NCBI GenBank assembly: GCA_964369625.1
Contig: CAYJFC010000002.1
Span: 5,502 to 69,501, forward strand
From: an uncultured Muribaculaceae bacterium
GTDB taxonomy: Bacteria > Bacillota_I > Bacilli_A > RF39 > UBA660
Length of the DNA stretch: 64,000 bases
Reading direction: 5' to 3'
Shown here piece after piece: positions 16,593-26,542 of the stretch. A program made the position numbers and the translations under genes. Every line of letters begins with the position of its first letter. Positions within the stretch are counted from its first letter, which is position 1. Under the pieces are notes generated by a model. The model did not search any database. It was not told the DNA's origin and was given only the letters and a program-made list of their open reading frames with translations.

Positions 16593-18185
16593 AAATTTTT
16601 CCATATATTCATCATATGTCATATATTTATCACGATACGTTCCATCTTCTTTAATATCTATTAATCTGTTAGTGGCTGTATCTATTAACTGCTGATCATG
16701 TGTAGAAATTATAAACGATGAAGTAAATTTGGTTAAACCATTATTAAGTGCTGTAATAGACTCTATATCTAAATGATTAGTAGGTTCATCCATTAGTAAA
16801 AAATTATTTTGTTCAAGCATTAATTTCGCAAGCACACATCTTACTTTTTCACCACCTGAAAGTACATTGACTTTTTTTAACGCATCTTCTCCACTAAAAA
16901 GCATCCTTCCTAAAAAACCTCTTACAAAAGTATCGTCATTATCTGTAGAATACCTTCTAAGCCAATCTACCATTGAAATTTTATCAACAAATAATTCTTC
17001 ATGATCTTTAGCAAAATATCCAATATTGGTATTTGTCCCTATTTTTATAGTTCCACTATCAGGCGTTATTTCACCTGCTATGATTTTCAAAAGAATTGTT
17101 TTAGCAACTTCATTTGTCCCTATTAAAGCTATTTTATCATCTTTATTAACATATAAGCTGAAGTTTTTTAATATCGTTTTTCCATTAAGTTCATAATTTA
17201 TATTACTTAAATGAAGTATTTCACCAGTTAATCCTTTTTCGAATTCAAAGTTAACAAAAGGATATTTTCTACTACTAGGTTTTATATCATCTAAAACTAT
17301 TTTATCAAGTAATTTTTTACGTGACGTAGCTTGTTTAGATTTTGATGCATTAGCACTAAATCTAGCAATAAAACCTTGTAATTCTTTTATTTTTTCTTCT
17401 TTTTTCTTATTAGAATCTTTCATTTGTCTTTGAATAAGTTCACTAGACTCATACCAAAAATCATAATTACCAACAAAATTAGTTATTCTATTATAATCAA
17501 TATCTACAATGTGTGTACATATTTTATTTAAAAAGTGTCTGTCGTGAGATACTATAATTACAGTATTTTTAAAATCTAATAAAAATTCCTCTAACCAAGT
17601 TTTACTTTTCATATCAAGACCATTCGTTGGTTCATCTAAAAGTAATATATCTGGTTCCATGAATAAAGCTTGAGCCAAAAGAACCTTAACTTTATCACTA
17701 TCTTTTAACTCTTTCATTTGAAGTTGTAATTGTTCATTAGTAATACCTAAACCAGCAAGTAAAGTTGCAGCTTCTGATTCAGCACCCCAACCATTCATTT
17801 CGGCAAATATAGATTCAAGTTCTCCTGCTCTTATTCCATCAGCATCAGAAAAATCTTCTTTCATATATATAGCATTTTTTTCTTCCATAATACTATATAA
17901 TTCTTTATTTCCCATGATAACAGTTTCAATAACAGTATATTCATCATATAGTGTATGATTTTGTTTTAAAACACTTAATCTTTCATTTTTCCCTCTAATG
18001 ATATCTCCACTAGTAGTTTCGATTTCTCCTGCTAATAATTTTAAAAACGTTGATTTTCCTGCACCGTTTGCACCTATTAACCCATAACAATTATTTCCAA
18101 AGTCTAAATTAACATTTTCAAAAAGTGTTTTTGTACCAAATTTTAAACTAACATCTATTGCTTTTAACATAAATATTACCTCCAA
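16584..18185 (-). CDS. ABC-F family ATPase (tandem ABC domains, no TMD), 533 aa.
   Basis: Two Walker A sites (GANGAGKST, GTNEVAKT), two signature LSGGE-like motifs and Walker B LLLDEPTN / LLMDEPTNHLD. Confidence 0.85.
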   Translation of the reverse strand: MEVIFMLKAIDVSLKFGTKTLFENVNLDFGNNCYGLIGANGAGKSTFLKLLAGEIETTSGDIIRGKNERLSVLKQNHTLYDEYTVIETVIMGNKELYSIMEEKNAIYMKEDFSDADGIRAGELESIFAEMNGWGAESEAATLLAGLGITNEQLQLQMKELKDSDKVKVLLAQALFMEPDILLLDEPTNGLDMKSKTWLEEFLLDFKNTVIIVSHDRHFLNKICTHIVDIDYNRITNFVGNYDFWYESSELIQRQMKDSNKKKEEKIKELQGFIARFSANASKSKQATSRKKLLDKIVLDDIKPSSRKYPFVNFEFEKGLTGEILHLSNINYELNGKTILKNFSLYVNKDDKIALIGTNEVAKTILLKIIAGEITPDSGTIKIGTNTNIGYFAKDHEELFVDKISMVDWLRRYSTDNDDTFVRGFLGRMLFSGEDALKKVNVLSGGEKVRCVLAKLMLEQNNFLLMDEPTNHLDIESITALNNGLTKFTSSFIISTHDQQLIDTATNRLIDIKEDGTYRDKYMTYDEYMEKFSN

Positions 18186-18262
18186 GCCCTATAATTTTAC
18201 CATAATTTTTATATTTTTGCACGAAAAAAGGTATATAATATAAAATTAATACCTTACCTTAA

Positions 18263-18661
18263 TTAGTTTATATTATTATATTTATCAATCGCATTTAAAA
18301 AAAGTTTTTTTGTTTCATCAAAATTTAAATGATTACATATTTCATTTATTTTAATAAATTCACCTTCGTTCACTTCACTTTCTTGAAGTAATATTTCATC
18401 ATTAAGAGGCTCTGCTAAATAGTAAATAACATCTTTATTTATATTTTCTTTAACTATATAACTTTCTATAAAATACTCATCACTTAATATTTTAATATCT
18501 ATATTAGTTTCTTCTTTAACTTCTCTTTTAGCAGTTTCTATGTAACTTTCCCCCGATTCCATATGACCTTTTGGAAAGCCCCAATGACCTTCCTTATGTT
18601 TAATCAGTAGTACTTTACCATTTTTAATAACTATTGCTCCGCAGCTTATTTCTTTTTTCAT
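18263..18661 (-). CDS. Nudix hydrolase (132 aa).
   Basis: Nudix box GHWGFPKGHMESGESYIETAKREVKEETNI. Confidence 0.75.
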   Translation of the reverse strand: MKKEISCGAIVIKNGKVLLIKHKEGHWGFPKGHMESGESYIETAKREVKEETNIDIKILSDEYFIESYIVKENINKDVIYYLAEPLNDEILLQESEVNEGEFIKINEICNHLNFDETKKLFLNAIDKYNNIN

Positions 18662-18662
18662 T

Positions 18663-19145
18663 TTACACTCCTTCTTTTTTTAATATTTGTATTTTAATTT
18701 CTAAATCATTTACATAATAACTATGCACTGTGTTTATTTTTTTATTATATATCGTTTTACCTACTATACTATTTAAAGTAATTTCTTCTTCATTATTAGG
18801 TTTATATAAACCTGTTAATTTAATTTTTTCATCTTCATGCATTCCATTTTCATATATAAATTGTAAATATATATAATCATTTATATTTACATTTTCTTTA
18901 ATCTTTTTTTCGTTTATTATTTTTAAATTCTTTTTATCAAGTAGTAATTTATTTAATTGCCCCATTAACATTTTTTCTACTCTTGCTGCATCTTCTGCTG
19001 CAAAATTATCATGCCATCCATCACCAGGTGCATCATTCATTGCTTCACTTTTTTCTATATTGTTTTTATTTATTTTATCATAAGTTTCACTAATTAAATT
19101 ATCAAGTTGCATAGCACCTTCTTTAGTTACTAGTATTTCACTCAT
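18663..19145 (-). CDS. GreA/GreB-family transcript-cleavage-factor homolog with non-canonical coiled-coil tip (about 160 aa).
   Basis: Tip region APGDGWHDNFAAEDAAR versus GreA GDLSENAEYxAAKE. C-terminal FKBP-like pattern IKLTG...SIVGKTIYNKKINTV...LEIKIQIL. Start chosen at the ATG with SD GGTGA. Confidence 0.55.
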   Translation of the reverse strand: MSEILVTKEGAMQLDNLISETYDKINKNNIEKSEAMNDAPGDGWHDNFAAEDAARVEKMLMGQLNKLLLDKKNLKIINEKKIKENVNINDYIYLQFIYENGMHEDEKIKLTGLYKPNNEEEITLNSIVGKTIYNKKINTVHSYYVNDLEIKIQILKKEGV

Positions 19146-21237
19146 ATTCATCACCAATAAATTTTACTAAATCATTATTATAAATTATAGTTAGTTCATG
19201 AAGTGCTCTTGTCATTGCAACATAAAGTAATTTCATATCAAGTAAATTATTTTCTAAATAGACATTTGAACTAGCATTACTTATTATAACGCCATCAAAC
19301 TCAAGGCCTTTAGCTAAATAACTAGTAATAACACAAACACCTGCATTATAGTTAGATTCATTATCAGATATCAAAGTTAGTACTATTCCATTATTTTTTA
19401 AATATTCATATATTTGGATACTTTCTTTTTCAGTTTTGCATATAATTGCTATAGATTTATAATTTTCTTTTAAGTACTTATTTAATACTTCTAATATACT
19501 TTTTAGCAAATCACTACTTCTATAATATAAAACATTTTTACCATTTCTAATAACTGGAACAGCTTTTGCTAATCCAATATTAGACGTGATTTTATTTGCC
19601 TCATTCATAATCTGCACTGTAGTACGATAACTTTTTTCTAAATATTTTATATCTATTTTTTCAAATATTTCAATGATTTCTTCCCAGTTATTTATAGATC
19701 TATATTCATATATTGATTGGGCTAAGTCTCCAAAAATACTAAAAGTTGCTCTAGATAGCAATTGTTTTAATACATAATAATTAAATACACTCAAATCTTG
19801 AGCTTCATCAATTACTACATGTTTATATTTATAGAATTTACTATTCCCATAAAATTTATAATATATGTACATAAGTGGAGCTAAATCTTCAAATTCAACA
19901 TTTTTCTTTCTCAAATATGATACTTCTTTAATATTTAATTCTAACAAAATTTGTATATACAATTGAATTATGTTTGGCTTAGCTTTTGAAAAATAACTTT
20001 TAATAATATTACTACATTTATTTTTAATTTCTTTTATAGCACACTGATAATCTTCTTTTTTTATTTCATTTTTGTTTAACATATAATAGTTACTTACATT
20101 AAATATTATTCTTTCCTTTTTAGTTTCAATAAATTTAGAAAATTTTGAATAAAATTTTTCCATTCTTACATTAAGCGTTTCATAATCATTAATATCTTCA
20201 GTAAATATTTTTTCTATAACACTTCTAGCTAGTATTGGAATTCCTTTATAAATTAAATCTTTATCTGGTATTATTTTTTTTATGTATTCATTTATTATTT
20301 GATCACAATCATTTTTAAAGTTTATAGAAGATTTATATTTACTAACATTTAAAATATTTGCATTTTTCAAATATTTTTCTAACCTTTCTTCATCGCTAAT
20401 TAGATTTAAATTATTTGGAATTATACTAGTTAATATTTCAAATATTGTTGATTGCATTACATTTTCAACATCTAAATCTGGAAGTACCCCCGAAATATAA
20501 TTTACAAAAAATTTATTTGGACCTATTACTAAATATTCATCTGGTTTAATAAAATCAATATTGTTATATACAAGATACGCAACTTTATGAAGAGCAACTG
20601 TCGTTTTTCCAGAACCAGCTACACCTTGAACAATTATATTTTTATTTATATTTTCCCGAATTATTTTATTTTGTTCCCACTGAATAGTAGATACAATATT
20701 TTTAAGTCTATTATCTGCACTAGCATTTAAATATGGTTTTAACATATCATCATTTGAAACTGTATCAACGTCTTGAATAGATAAGATTAAGCCATTTTCA
20801 ATATCAAATTGCCTTTTAATAAGAAGATTACCATTTATTACACCACTTGGAGAAATGTATGATGCATTACCTATATTTGAATCATAATACATTGATGCAA
20901 TTGGAGCTCTCCAATCAACTGTTAATATTTTGTTTTCAGAATCACTTATACCTACTTTGCTGATATAACATTTTTCCACAAATTTTAACTCATTTTCAAA
21001 ATCAATTCTAGCAAAATATGGTTTATCTAACGATTTTTCAATTAATTGCAATTTTCTTTCAGCCCTATACATCAAATCTGCTAATTGGTAAGGGTCTTCC
21101 CGGTACATACTTGGTAAATTATCCAATCTTTTTTTAGTTATTTTTTTTACATTATCAATTTGTAATATCACACTTTTTAAATGTGATTTTTCTAAAGTAT
21201 ACATACTTGTAGACATAAAAAACACCTCCATATTCAT
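19138..21237 (-). CDS. helD: HelD-type (helicase IV / UvrD-like) RNAP-associated helicase, 699 aa.
   Basis: N-terminal HelD-specific region (PYFARIDF, DWRAPIASMYY). Walker A GVAGSGKTT. C-terminal motif VI LLYVAMTRALHEL. Confidence 0.8.
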   Translation of the reverse strand: MNMEVFFMSTSMYTLEKSHLKSVILQIDNVKKITKKRLDNLPSMYREDPYQLADLMYRAERKLQLIEKSLDKPYFARIDFENELKFVEKCYISKVGISDSENKILTVDWRAPIASMYYDSNIGNASYISPSGVINGNLLIKRQFDIENGLILSIQDVDTVSNDDMLKPYLNASADNRLKNIVSTIQWEQNKIIRENINKNIIVQGVAGSGKTTVALHKVAYLVYNNIDFIKPDEYLVIGPNKFFVNYISGVLPDLDVENVMQSTIFEILTSIIPNNLNLISDEERLEKYLKNANILNVSKYKSSINFKNDCDQIINEYIKKIIPDKDLIYKGIPILARSVIEKIFTEDINDYETLNVRMEKFYSKFSKFIETKKERIIFNVSNYYMLNKNEIKKEDYQCAIKEIKNKCSNIIKSYFSKAKPNIIQLYIQILLELNIKEVSYLRKKNVEFEDLAPLMYIYYKFYGNSKFYKYKHVVIDEAQDLSVFNYYVLKQLLSRATFSIFGDLAQSIYEYRSINNWEEIIEIFEKIDIKYLEKSYRTTVQIMNEANKITSNIGLAKAVPVIRNGKNVLYYRSSDLLKSILEVLNKYLKENYKSIAIICKTEKESIQIYEYLKNNGIVLTLISDNESNYNAGVCVITSYLAKGLEFDGVIISNASSNVYLENNLLDMKLLYVAMTRALHELTIIYNNDLVKFIGDEYE

Positions 21238-21303
21238 TTATAGAGATCTTTGCTAAGTAAAAGTCAATTTAATAATATCATATAAAATATTATTATACAA
21301 TAT

Positions 21304-21327
21304 AAAAGAGCATAAAATTTATGCTCT
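21304..21327 (-). terminator. Intrinsic terminator after efp.
   Basis: AGAGCATAAA-A-TTTATGCTCT palindrome overlapping the efp stop, followed on the minus strand by TTTATATTGT. Confidence 0.5.
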
Positions 21328-21879
21328 ACCTGAATAACTACCATCTTTAGTAGAAATTATAATTCTTTCTCCTTGTTCAATAAATAAAGGAACTTTAACA
21401 GTATAACCTGTTTCTATTTTAGCATCTTTAAATACATTAGTTGCTGTATTTCCTTTAACTGCTGGCTCAGATTCAATTATTTCAAATTCTATTTTTTCTG
21501 GTAAATTAATTCCTATAATTTCATTTTCATAATATTCAATAGTAATATTTAAACCTTCTTTTATAAAAGCCAATTTATCTTTTAAAACATCCTTAGAAAT
21601 TTCTGTTTGCTCGTATGTTTCATTATTCATGAACACATAATTATCACCACTAGCATATAAATACTGGGCATCTACTTTTTCAATATGAGCTTTGATAACT
21701 TTAATATTTGTATTAAAAGTTTCTTCAATAGTTGAACCAGTTCTTAAATTTTTAAGTTTTATTCTAACAAATGCTGGTCCTTTACCAGGTTTAACATGTT
21801 GAAATTCTAATATAGTATATAAGTTATTATCAATAATAACACTCATACCATTTTTAATATCATTGATATTTATATTCAT
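21319..21879 (-). CDS. efp: Elongation factor P.
   Basis: 186 aa. KPGKGPAFVRIKLKNLRTGS loop with the conserved Lys. Confidence 0.9.
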   Translation of the reverse strand: MNININDIKNGMSVIIDNNLYTILEFQHVKPGKGPAFVRIKLKNLRTGSTIEETFNTNIKVIKAHIEKVDAQYLYASGDNYVFMNNETYEQTEISKDVLKDKLAFIKEGLNITIEYYENEIIGINLPEKIEFEIIESEPAVKGNTATNVFKDAKIETGYTVKVPLFIEQGERIIISTKDGSYSGRA

Positions 21880-21896
21880 ATAGTTTCCCTACCTTA

Positions 21897-22061
21897 TTAT
21901 TTTTTTTCTTTAGCTACAACATTTTTACGACATTTAGGACAATATTTTTTCTTTTCTAAACGCTCAGTTGTATTTTTTCTGTTTTTACTAGTAGGTCTAA
22001 GTTCAAAACCACAAGTAGTACATCTCATTGTAATATCATTACGATTATCATTTTTAGCCAT
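21897..22061 (-). CDS. rpmG: 50S ribosomal protein L33 (54 aa). Not in the ORF track because it is under 60 aa.
   Basis: Translation MAKNDNRNDITMRCTTCGFELRPTSKNRKNTTERLEKKKYCPKCRKNVVAKEKK has the L33 Cys4 zinc ribbon. SD GGGAG. Confidence 0.8.
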   Translation of the reverse strand: MAKNDNRNDITMRCTTCGFELRPTSKNRKNTTERLEKKKYCPKCRKNVVAKEKK

Positions 22062-22107
22062 GAAATTCAGCTCCCTTCAATAAATCTATCTAATTATATC
22101 AAATAAA

Positions 22108-24069
22108 TCAACTATTTTCAAATAAAAAATCAGTTATTTTCTTAGAAATGTATCTAGTTATGCGATAAATGTAATCATTATCTTCTTCGTTTACTGAAAT
22201 ATGAGGTGAAATTATTGCTATACTGTATGTTGGATTATTAAGCGGAGCATACCCAGCGAATGTTAGAGTCATTGTTTTAGTATCTATTAATCCATCATTA
22301 TCAAGATCTAAAAATGATTCACTAGTTCCTGTTTTTCCAACTGGATTATACTTATTACTGAAATATCCATACCCAGTCCCACTTAAAGCAACTTCATTTA
22401 AACCAGTTTTTACTCTATTAAAATCATCATCACTTATACTCAAAGTATTAAGAACAACATTTTCCTTTATATATATAATTTCATTATCACCAACCACCCT
22501 ATCAAGCAAACTAATTTCTAATCTATTTTTATCATTTGCAATGGTGTTCATATATTGAAGCAGCTGAATAGTTGTATATGTATCATACTGACCAATACTT
22601 AGATTAAGTAATAAATCATCTGCGATAATAGTACCTTTATTACCGGTCATTTCTCCTGGTAAATCAATACCTGTACTACTTCCAAGACCAAATTCACTAA
22701 GTGTATTTCTATATATATCAAAATGAATATTAGTCGCCCCCAATATCATATTATTTGTATACGCTTTCCCTGTTAAGTTTATTGCTATTAAATATTGAAA
22801 GTAATTTGATGACATTCTAAGTGCTTCAATATCATTTATTTGACCTAAATTTTTCCAACTACATTTTTCTGGAACTAAATAAAGCTTGACACATGAATCA
22901 TTAATAACTTTATTTGGATTTATTAAATCATTATTATAACCAACTGCAATAGTAGCGCCCTTTACAGTTGAACCTACGGTAAAAGATGAAGAAATAATTT
23001 CATTTGTAATATCATTAAAAGTTTGAGTATTTTCCAAATATCTTTGTCCACTAATCGCAATTATTTTTCCAGTTAAGGGATCTCCTATTACTGCAAATGT
23101 ATCACTGAAATATTGTGTATTATAGCTATTTTTCGCAAGAAGAATCTCTTCTTTAATTATCTTTTCTAATTCTAACTGAATATCTATATCAATTGATAAA
23201 TATATGTCACTACCTTTAGTTTCTTCTTTAATTAGTTTTAATGTTCCATTGCTATTAACTTTATATATAGCTTTTTCTCCTTTTAAATAACTTTCATATT
23301 CTTTTTCTAAATAACTTAATCCTACTTCATCATTTAGCATATACCCATTTTTTAAATATTCATCTATATTTTCTTCATGAATGGGGCCAACTGACCCTAA
23401 AATACTTTTGATTGTTTCGTTATAAGGATAATATCTTTCATAAGTTATTTCGGCTCTAACTCCAGGTAAATTTAATTCATTAATTTTAGCAAATTCTTCT
23501 GCTGTTACATTTTCTTTAATTAACTTAGAATCATGAGTATATCCATTATTCATTAAATCAAATATATAAGCCGCTTTTTTATCAGAATCAGATAAATCCT
23601 CGATATTTATACGGCTTATTTTAAGATCATATATTTCATCACTAGTAATTTTTCTTTCTTCAAATAATCTATATTCTTCGCTTGTAATTAATTCATTTCC
23701 GTTATCATTTAATACTAAATAAAAATTTTTGAGCATCATGTCACTAGCACTATCATCAAATATTAATATTTCACTTATTTTATATGATAAACTTATTTCT
23801 TCTTCTAAAGTTATTCCATCTAATTTATGATAAAAAACTGAATTATTTTCTTTATTTCCTACTAATAATTTTCCATTTACATCATATATATTTCCTCTTT
23901 TTGCACTTGAACTATATACATATAAATTAGTTTTTTCTAATAATTCATTATAATAAAAGTCATATTTAAAAATATTAATATATATTAATCTTGATATAAT
24001 TATTAAAAATAGCAGTATTAAAAATATATAGATAACTTTCTTCATATTTATAGTATAGTTTTTAAACAT
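22108..24069 (-). CDS. Class B penicillin-binding protein (transpeptidase), 653 aa.
   Basis: N-terminal TM. Motifs STVK, SSN, KTGT. Confidence 0.85.
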   Translation of the reverse strand: MFKNYTINMKKVIYIFLILLFLIIISRLIYINIFKYDFYYNELLEKTNLYVYSSSAKRGNIYDVNGKLLVGNKENNSVFYHKLDGITLEEEISLSYKISEILIFDDSASDMMLKNFYLVLNDNGNELITSEEYRLFEERKITSDEIYDLKISRINIEDLSDSDKKAAYIFDLMNNGYTHDSKLIKENVTAEEFAKINELNLPGVRAEITYERYYPYNETIKSILGSVGPIHEENIDEYLKNGYMLNDEVGLSYLEKEYESYLKGEKAIYKVNSNGTLKLIKEETKGSDIYLSIDIDIQLELEKIIKEEILLAKNSYNTQYFSDTFAVIGDPLTGKIIAISGQRYLENTQTFNDITNEIISSSFTVGSTVKGATIAVGYNNDLINPNKVINDSCVKLYLVPEKCSWKNLGQINDIEALRMSSNYFQYLIAINLTGKAYTNNMILGATNIHFDIYRNTLSEFGLGSSTGIDLPGEMTGNKGTIIADDLLLNLSIGQYDTYTTIQLLQYMNTIANDKNRLEISLLDRVVGDNEIIYIKENVVLNTLSISDDDFNRVKTGLNEVALSGTGYGYFSNKYNPVGKTGTSESFLDLDNDGLIDTKTMTLTFAGYAPLNNPTYSIAIISPHISVNEEDNDYIYRITRYISKKITDFLFENS

Positions 24070-24097
24070 TTAATCATACAATAATATAGGTGAAGAT

Positions 24098-24361
24098 ATG
24101 TATATGTTATTAGAAAAATATTTTAATAGTTTAACTATTGAAAAAACAAAATTATTAAGTGAAAAAAATGATATTTATTTAACAGATAATGAATTACAAT
24201 TTACTTATAATTTCATTAAAAAAAATTGGAATATTATAATTAGTAATCCCAATTCTTTCAACATAGATAAATATAGCGAAAAATATTCTAATGATAATTT
24301 TTCAAAGCTAAAAAAACTTTATTATAATACATTAGCTAAATATTCTCATTTTTTAAAATAA
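24098..24361 (+). CDS. Hypothetical small protein (87 aa). The only plus-strand gene in this stretch.
   Basis: SD AGGTGA 4 nt before ATG. Convergent 16-nt overlap with nfo. Confidence 0.45.
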   Translation: MYMLLEKYFNSLTIEKTKLLSEKNDIYLTDNELQFTYNFIKKNWNIIISNPNSFNIDKYSEKYSNDNFSKLKKLYYNTLAKYSHFLK

Positions 24362-25233
24362 GTTATAACATCGTCAATTAAATTATCATTAAACAATTTA
24401 TTTTTAATCATTTTGATTTCTTCTTTATATGGAGGATAACTATTTTTATCATCTGGTATAAAAGGTGTTTCTAAAATTTTAGGAACATCTTTTAATAAGT
24501 CATTGTATACAACATTTATTAAATTATCAAATCCTATTTTGCCAAACCCAAAATTTTCATGCCTATCTTTTTTCATACCTATTTCATTTTTCGAATCATT
24601 TATATGAATACATTTAATTTTATGAATACCTATTTGTTTATCAAATTCATTTAAATATGCATCAAATTTATTTATATCTACTCCCGAATCATTTAAATGA
24701 CATGTATCAAGGCATACTCCTAAATATGAAGAATCAACAGACTCAATTACATATTGAAGTTCTTCTAAAGTTGAGCAAAGTTCTGTACCTTTTCCAGCCA
24801 TTGTTTCAATAAGTAATAATACGTTTTCATTTACTAATTGTTTTAAAGCATTAATTATATTCAAAAGTCCTTCACTTCTAGTTATGCCAACAGCATTTCC
24901 CGGATGGATAACTATTTTTTTTATTCCTAAAATTTCACATCTATTAATTTCTTGTTTTAAAAAATTAATTGAAAACTCCCATTGCTCTTTTTTTGACGTA
25001 GCTAAATTAATAATATATGGAGCATGACATATAACATCATCAGGATTAATATTATTATCTTTCATCATCTGATGAGCCTCTATTACTTTAGACTTATCTA
25101 TTTCTTTTCTAACTGTATTTTGGGGAGCTCCTGTATAAAACATAAAAGTATTTCCACCAAAATTCATTATTTCTTTTACGCACCCTAGTAAGCCACCTTT
25201 AGAAAAACTTACATGCGAACCTATTTTTAACAT
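24346..25233 (-). CDS. nfo: Endonuclease IV (AP endonuclease family 2).
   Basis: 295 aa. TIM-barrel xylose-isomerase-like Nfo motifs (HAPYIINLA, IHPGN, HLNDS). Confidence 0.85.
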   Translation of the reverse strand: MLKIGSHVSFSKGGLLGCVKEIMNFGGNTFMFYTGAPQNTVRKEIDKSKVIEAHQMMKDNNINPDDVICHAPYIINLATSKKEQWEFSINFLKQEINRCEILGIKKIVIHPGNAVGITRSEGLLNIINALKQLVNENVLLLIETMAGKGTELCSTLEELQYVIESVDSSYLGVCLDTCHLNDSGVDINKFDAYLNEFDKQIGIHKIKCIHINDSKNEIGMKKDRHENFGFGKIGFDNLINVVYNDLLKDVPKILETPFIPDDKNSYPPYKEEIKMIKNKLFNDNLIDDVITYFKK

Positions 25234-25279
25234 CTATATCACCAATAACATTTTATCAAATAAAAAAAGTATAAGCAAA

Positions 25280-25930
25280 TTATTTACTTATACTTTTTAA
25301 ATATTCATTATAATCTTGCGGTAAAGTACTTAGTTTAATAAATTCATTTGGATACTTATTAAATACTGTATTACTACCATCTAAATTAGTAATTACAGAT
25401 AAATCCTTTTCTCTTAATTTTCTTTTAACATAACTACTACTTAACATATAAAGTATTTTTTCTGAATAAGGATTTTCATATGATGACTCTAGCAAGCTTT
25501 TTGCTATGACTATATTATCATTAGTTTCAAACATCTTCATTAATAAAGTTTCTAGTTCATCCATCGATAAGTTATTATCAGAAATATTTTTAGTTGAATA
25601 TAATACCTGGCGTTTTGATGAATTTTCTAATTCAGTTTTATCCCTTATTACATTTATTAAAAGTAATCTTAGCACTCTTTCAGGAGTAAACTCCATTGCA
25701 AATTTTCTTGCATCACTTTCAGTTGCAGAAAAACCATTATAACTAGTTTCATAAATATTTATATTATCCCTTTTAATTAAACCTTTTACAATTAAAAATA
25801 TAGCATTTGTTAAATTATTTTCAGACATATAATCATAATTTCCGCTAACGCATGCTTTTTTTATCATACAGTCAATTACAGTTTGCATTAAATCATCATC
25901 ATATTTTATCTCATTTATTAATTCATTCAT
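25280..25930 (-). CDS. Hypothetical protein (216 aa).
   Basis: Long ORF immediately downstream of the pseudopilin gene. Confidence 0.45.
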   Translation of the reverse strand: MNELINEIKYDDDLMQTVIDCMIKKACVSGNYDYMSENNLTNAIFLIVKGLIKRDNINIYETSYNGFSATESDARKFAMEFTPERVLRLLLINVIRDKTELENSSKRQVLYSTKNISDNNLSMDELETLLMKMFETNDNIVIAKSLLESSYENPYSEKILYMLSSSYVKRKLREKDLSVITNLDGSNTVFNKYPNEFIKLSTLPQDYNEYLKSISK

Positions 25931-25970
25931 TTTTTCTCCTATAAAAAGATAAAACTTACCTTAGTAAGTT

Positions 25971-26435
25971 TTATGGACAAGTTGTTAATGGAGTTTCATC
26001 TCTATAAGTTACTAAATCATCGCCAATAACTTCTCCATTTTCTGTAACATCTTTAATGATTTTATAATCATTTGCATAATCTATTAAATGAATTGTATAT
26101 GAATTAGTTGCTTTATCTACTAAAACGACTCCTTCATAACCATTATTAGTTGCACCTTCAGGTTTTGGAAGAGATATTCTATCTACATAATTTTCTTCAA
26201 TTAATTCTTTTAATGTATAACAAGTTTTAGATGAACCAGTGATATCATCTGATAATGATTTATTTCTTACAGCTTCAACTACAAAGTTAGCTGTTGCAGC
26301 AAATCCAGACTCTCTAGATGAATCTATAAGTGGTAAAGCTACAAATGTTGCTATTCCCATTACTACTGATAATATAACTATTACTGCTAATAATTCAAAC
26401 AGTGTAAAACCTTTGTTATTCTTTAATATATTCAT
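25971..26435 (-). CDS. Type IV pilin-like / pseudopilin with class III (prepilin peptidase) signal (154 aa).
   Basis: N-terminus KGFTLFELLAVIVILSV (G/FTLxE motif). Confidence 0.75.
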   Translation of the reverse strand: MNILKNNKGFTLFELLAVIVILSVVMGIATFVALPLIDSSRESGFAATANFVVEAVRNKSLSDDITGSSKTCYTLKELIEENYVDRISLPKPEGATNNGYEGVVLVDKATNSYTIHLIDYANDYKIIKDVTENGEVIGDDLVTYRDETPLTTCP

Positions 26436-26457
26436 TTTGGCACCATCCTATAATATA

Positions 26458-26486
26458 ATAATACACTAAGCATTTTTTTTAGTCAA
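26458..26486 (-). promoter_or_regulatory. Sigma-A-type promoter for the pseudopilin gene: TTGACT, 17 nt spacer, TATTAT.
   Basis: Reverse complement of 26481-26486 is TTGACT and of 26458-26463 is TATTAT. SD AGGATGGTG. Confidence 0.4.
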
Positions 26487-26516
26487 TATATTTTTATTTT
26501 TAATTAATTATTAGAC

Positions 26517-26542
26517 ATAAAAAAAGGATTAATAAATCCTTT
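26517..26542 (-). terminator. Intrinsic terminator after the flavoprotein gene.
   Basis: AAAGGATT-AATA-AATCCTTT stem flanked by A9. Gives a T-run on the minus strand. Confidence 0.55.
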
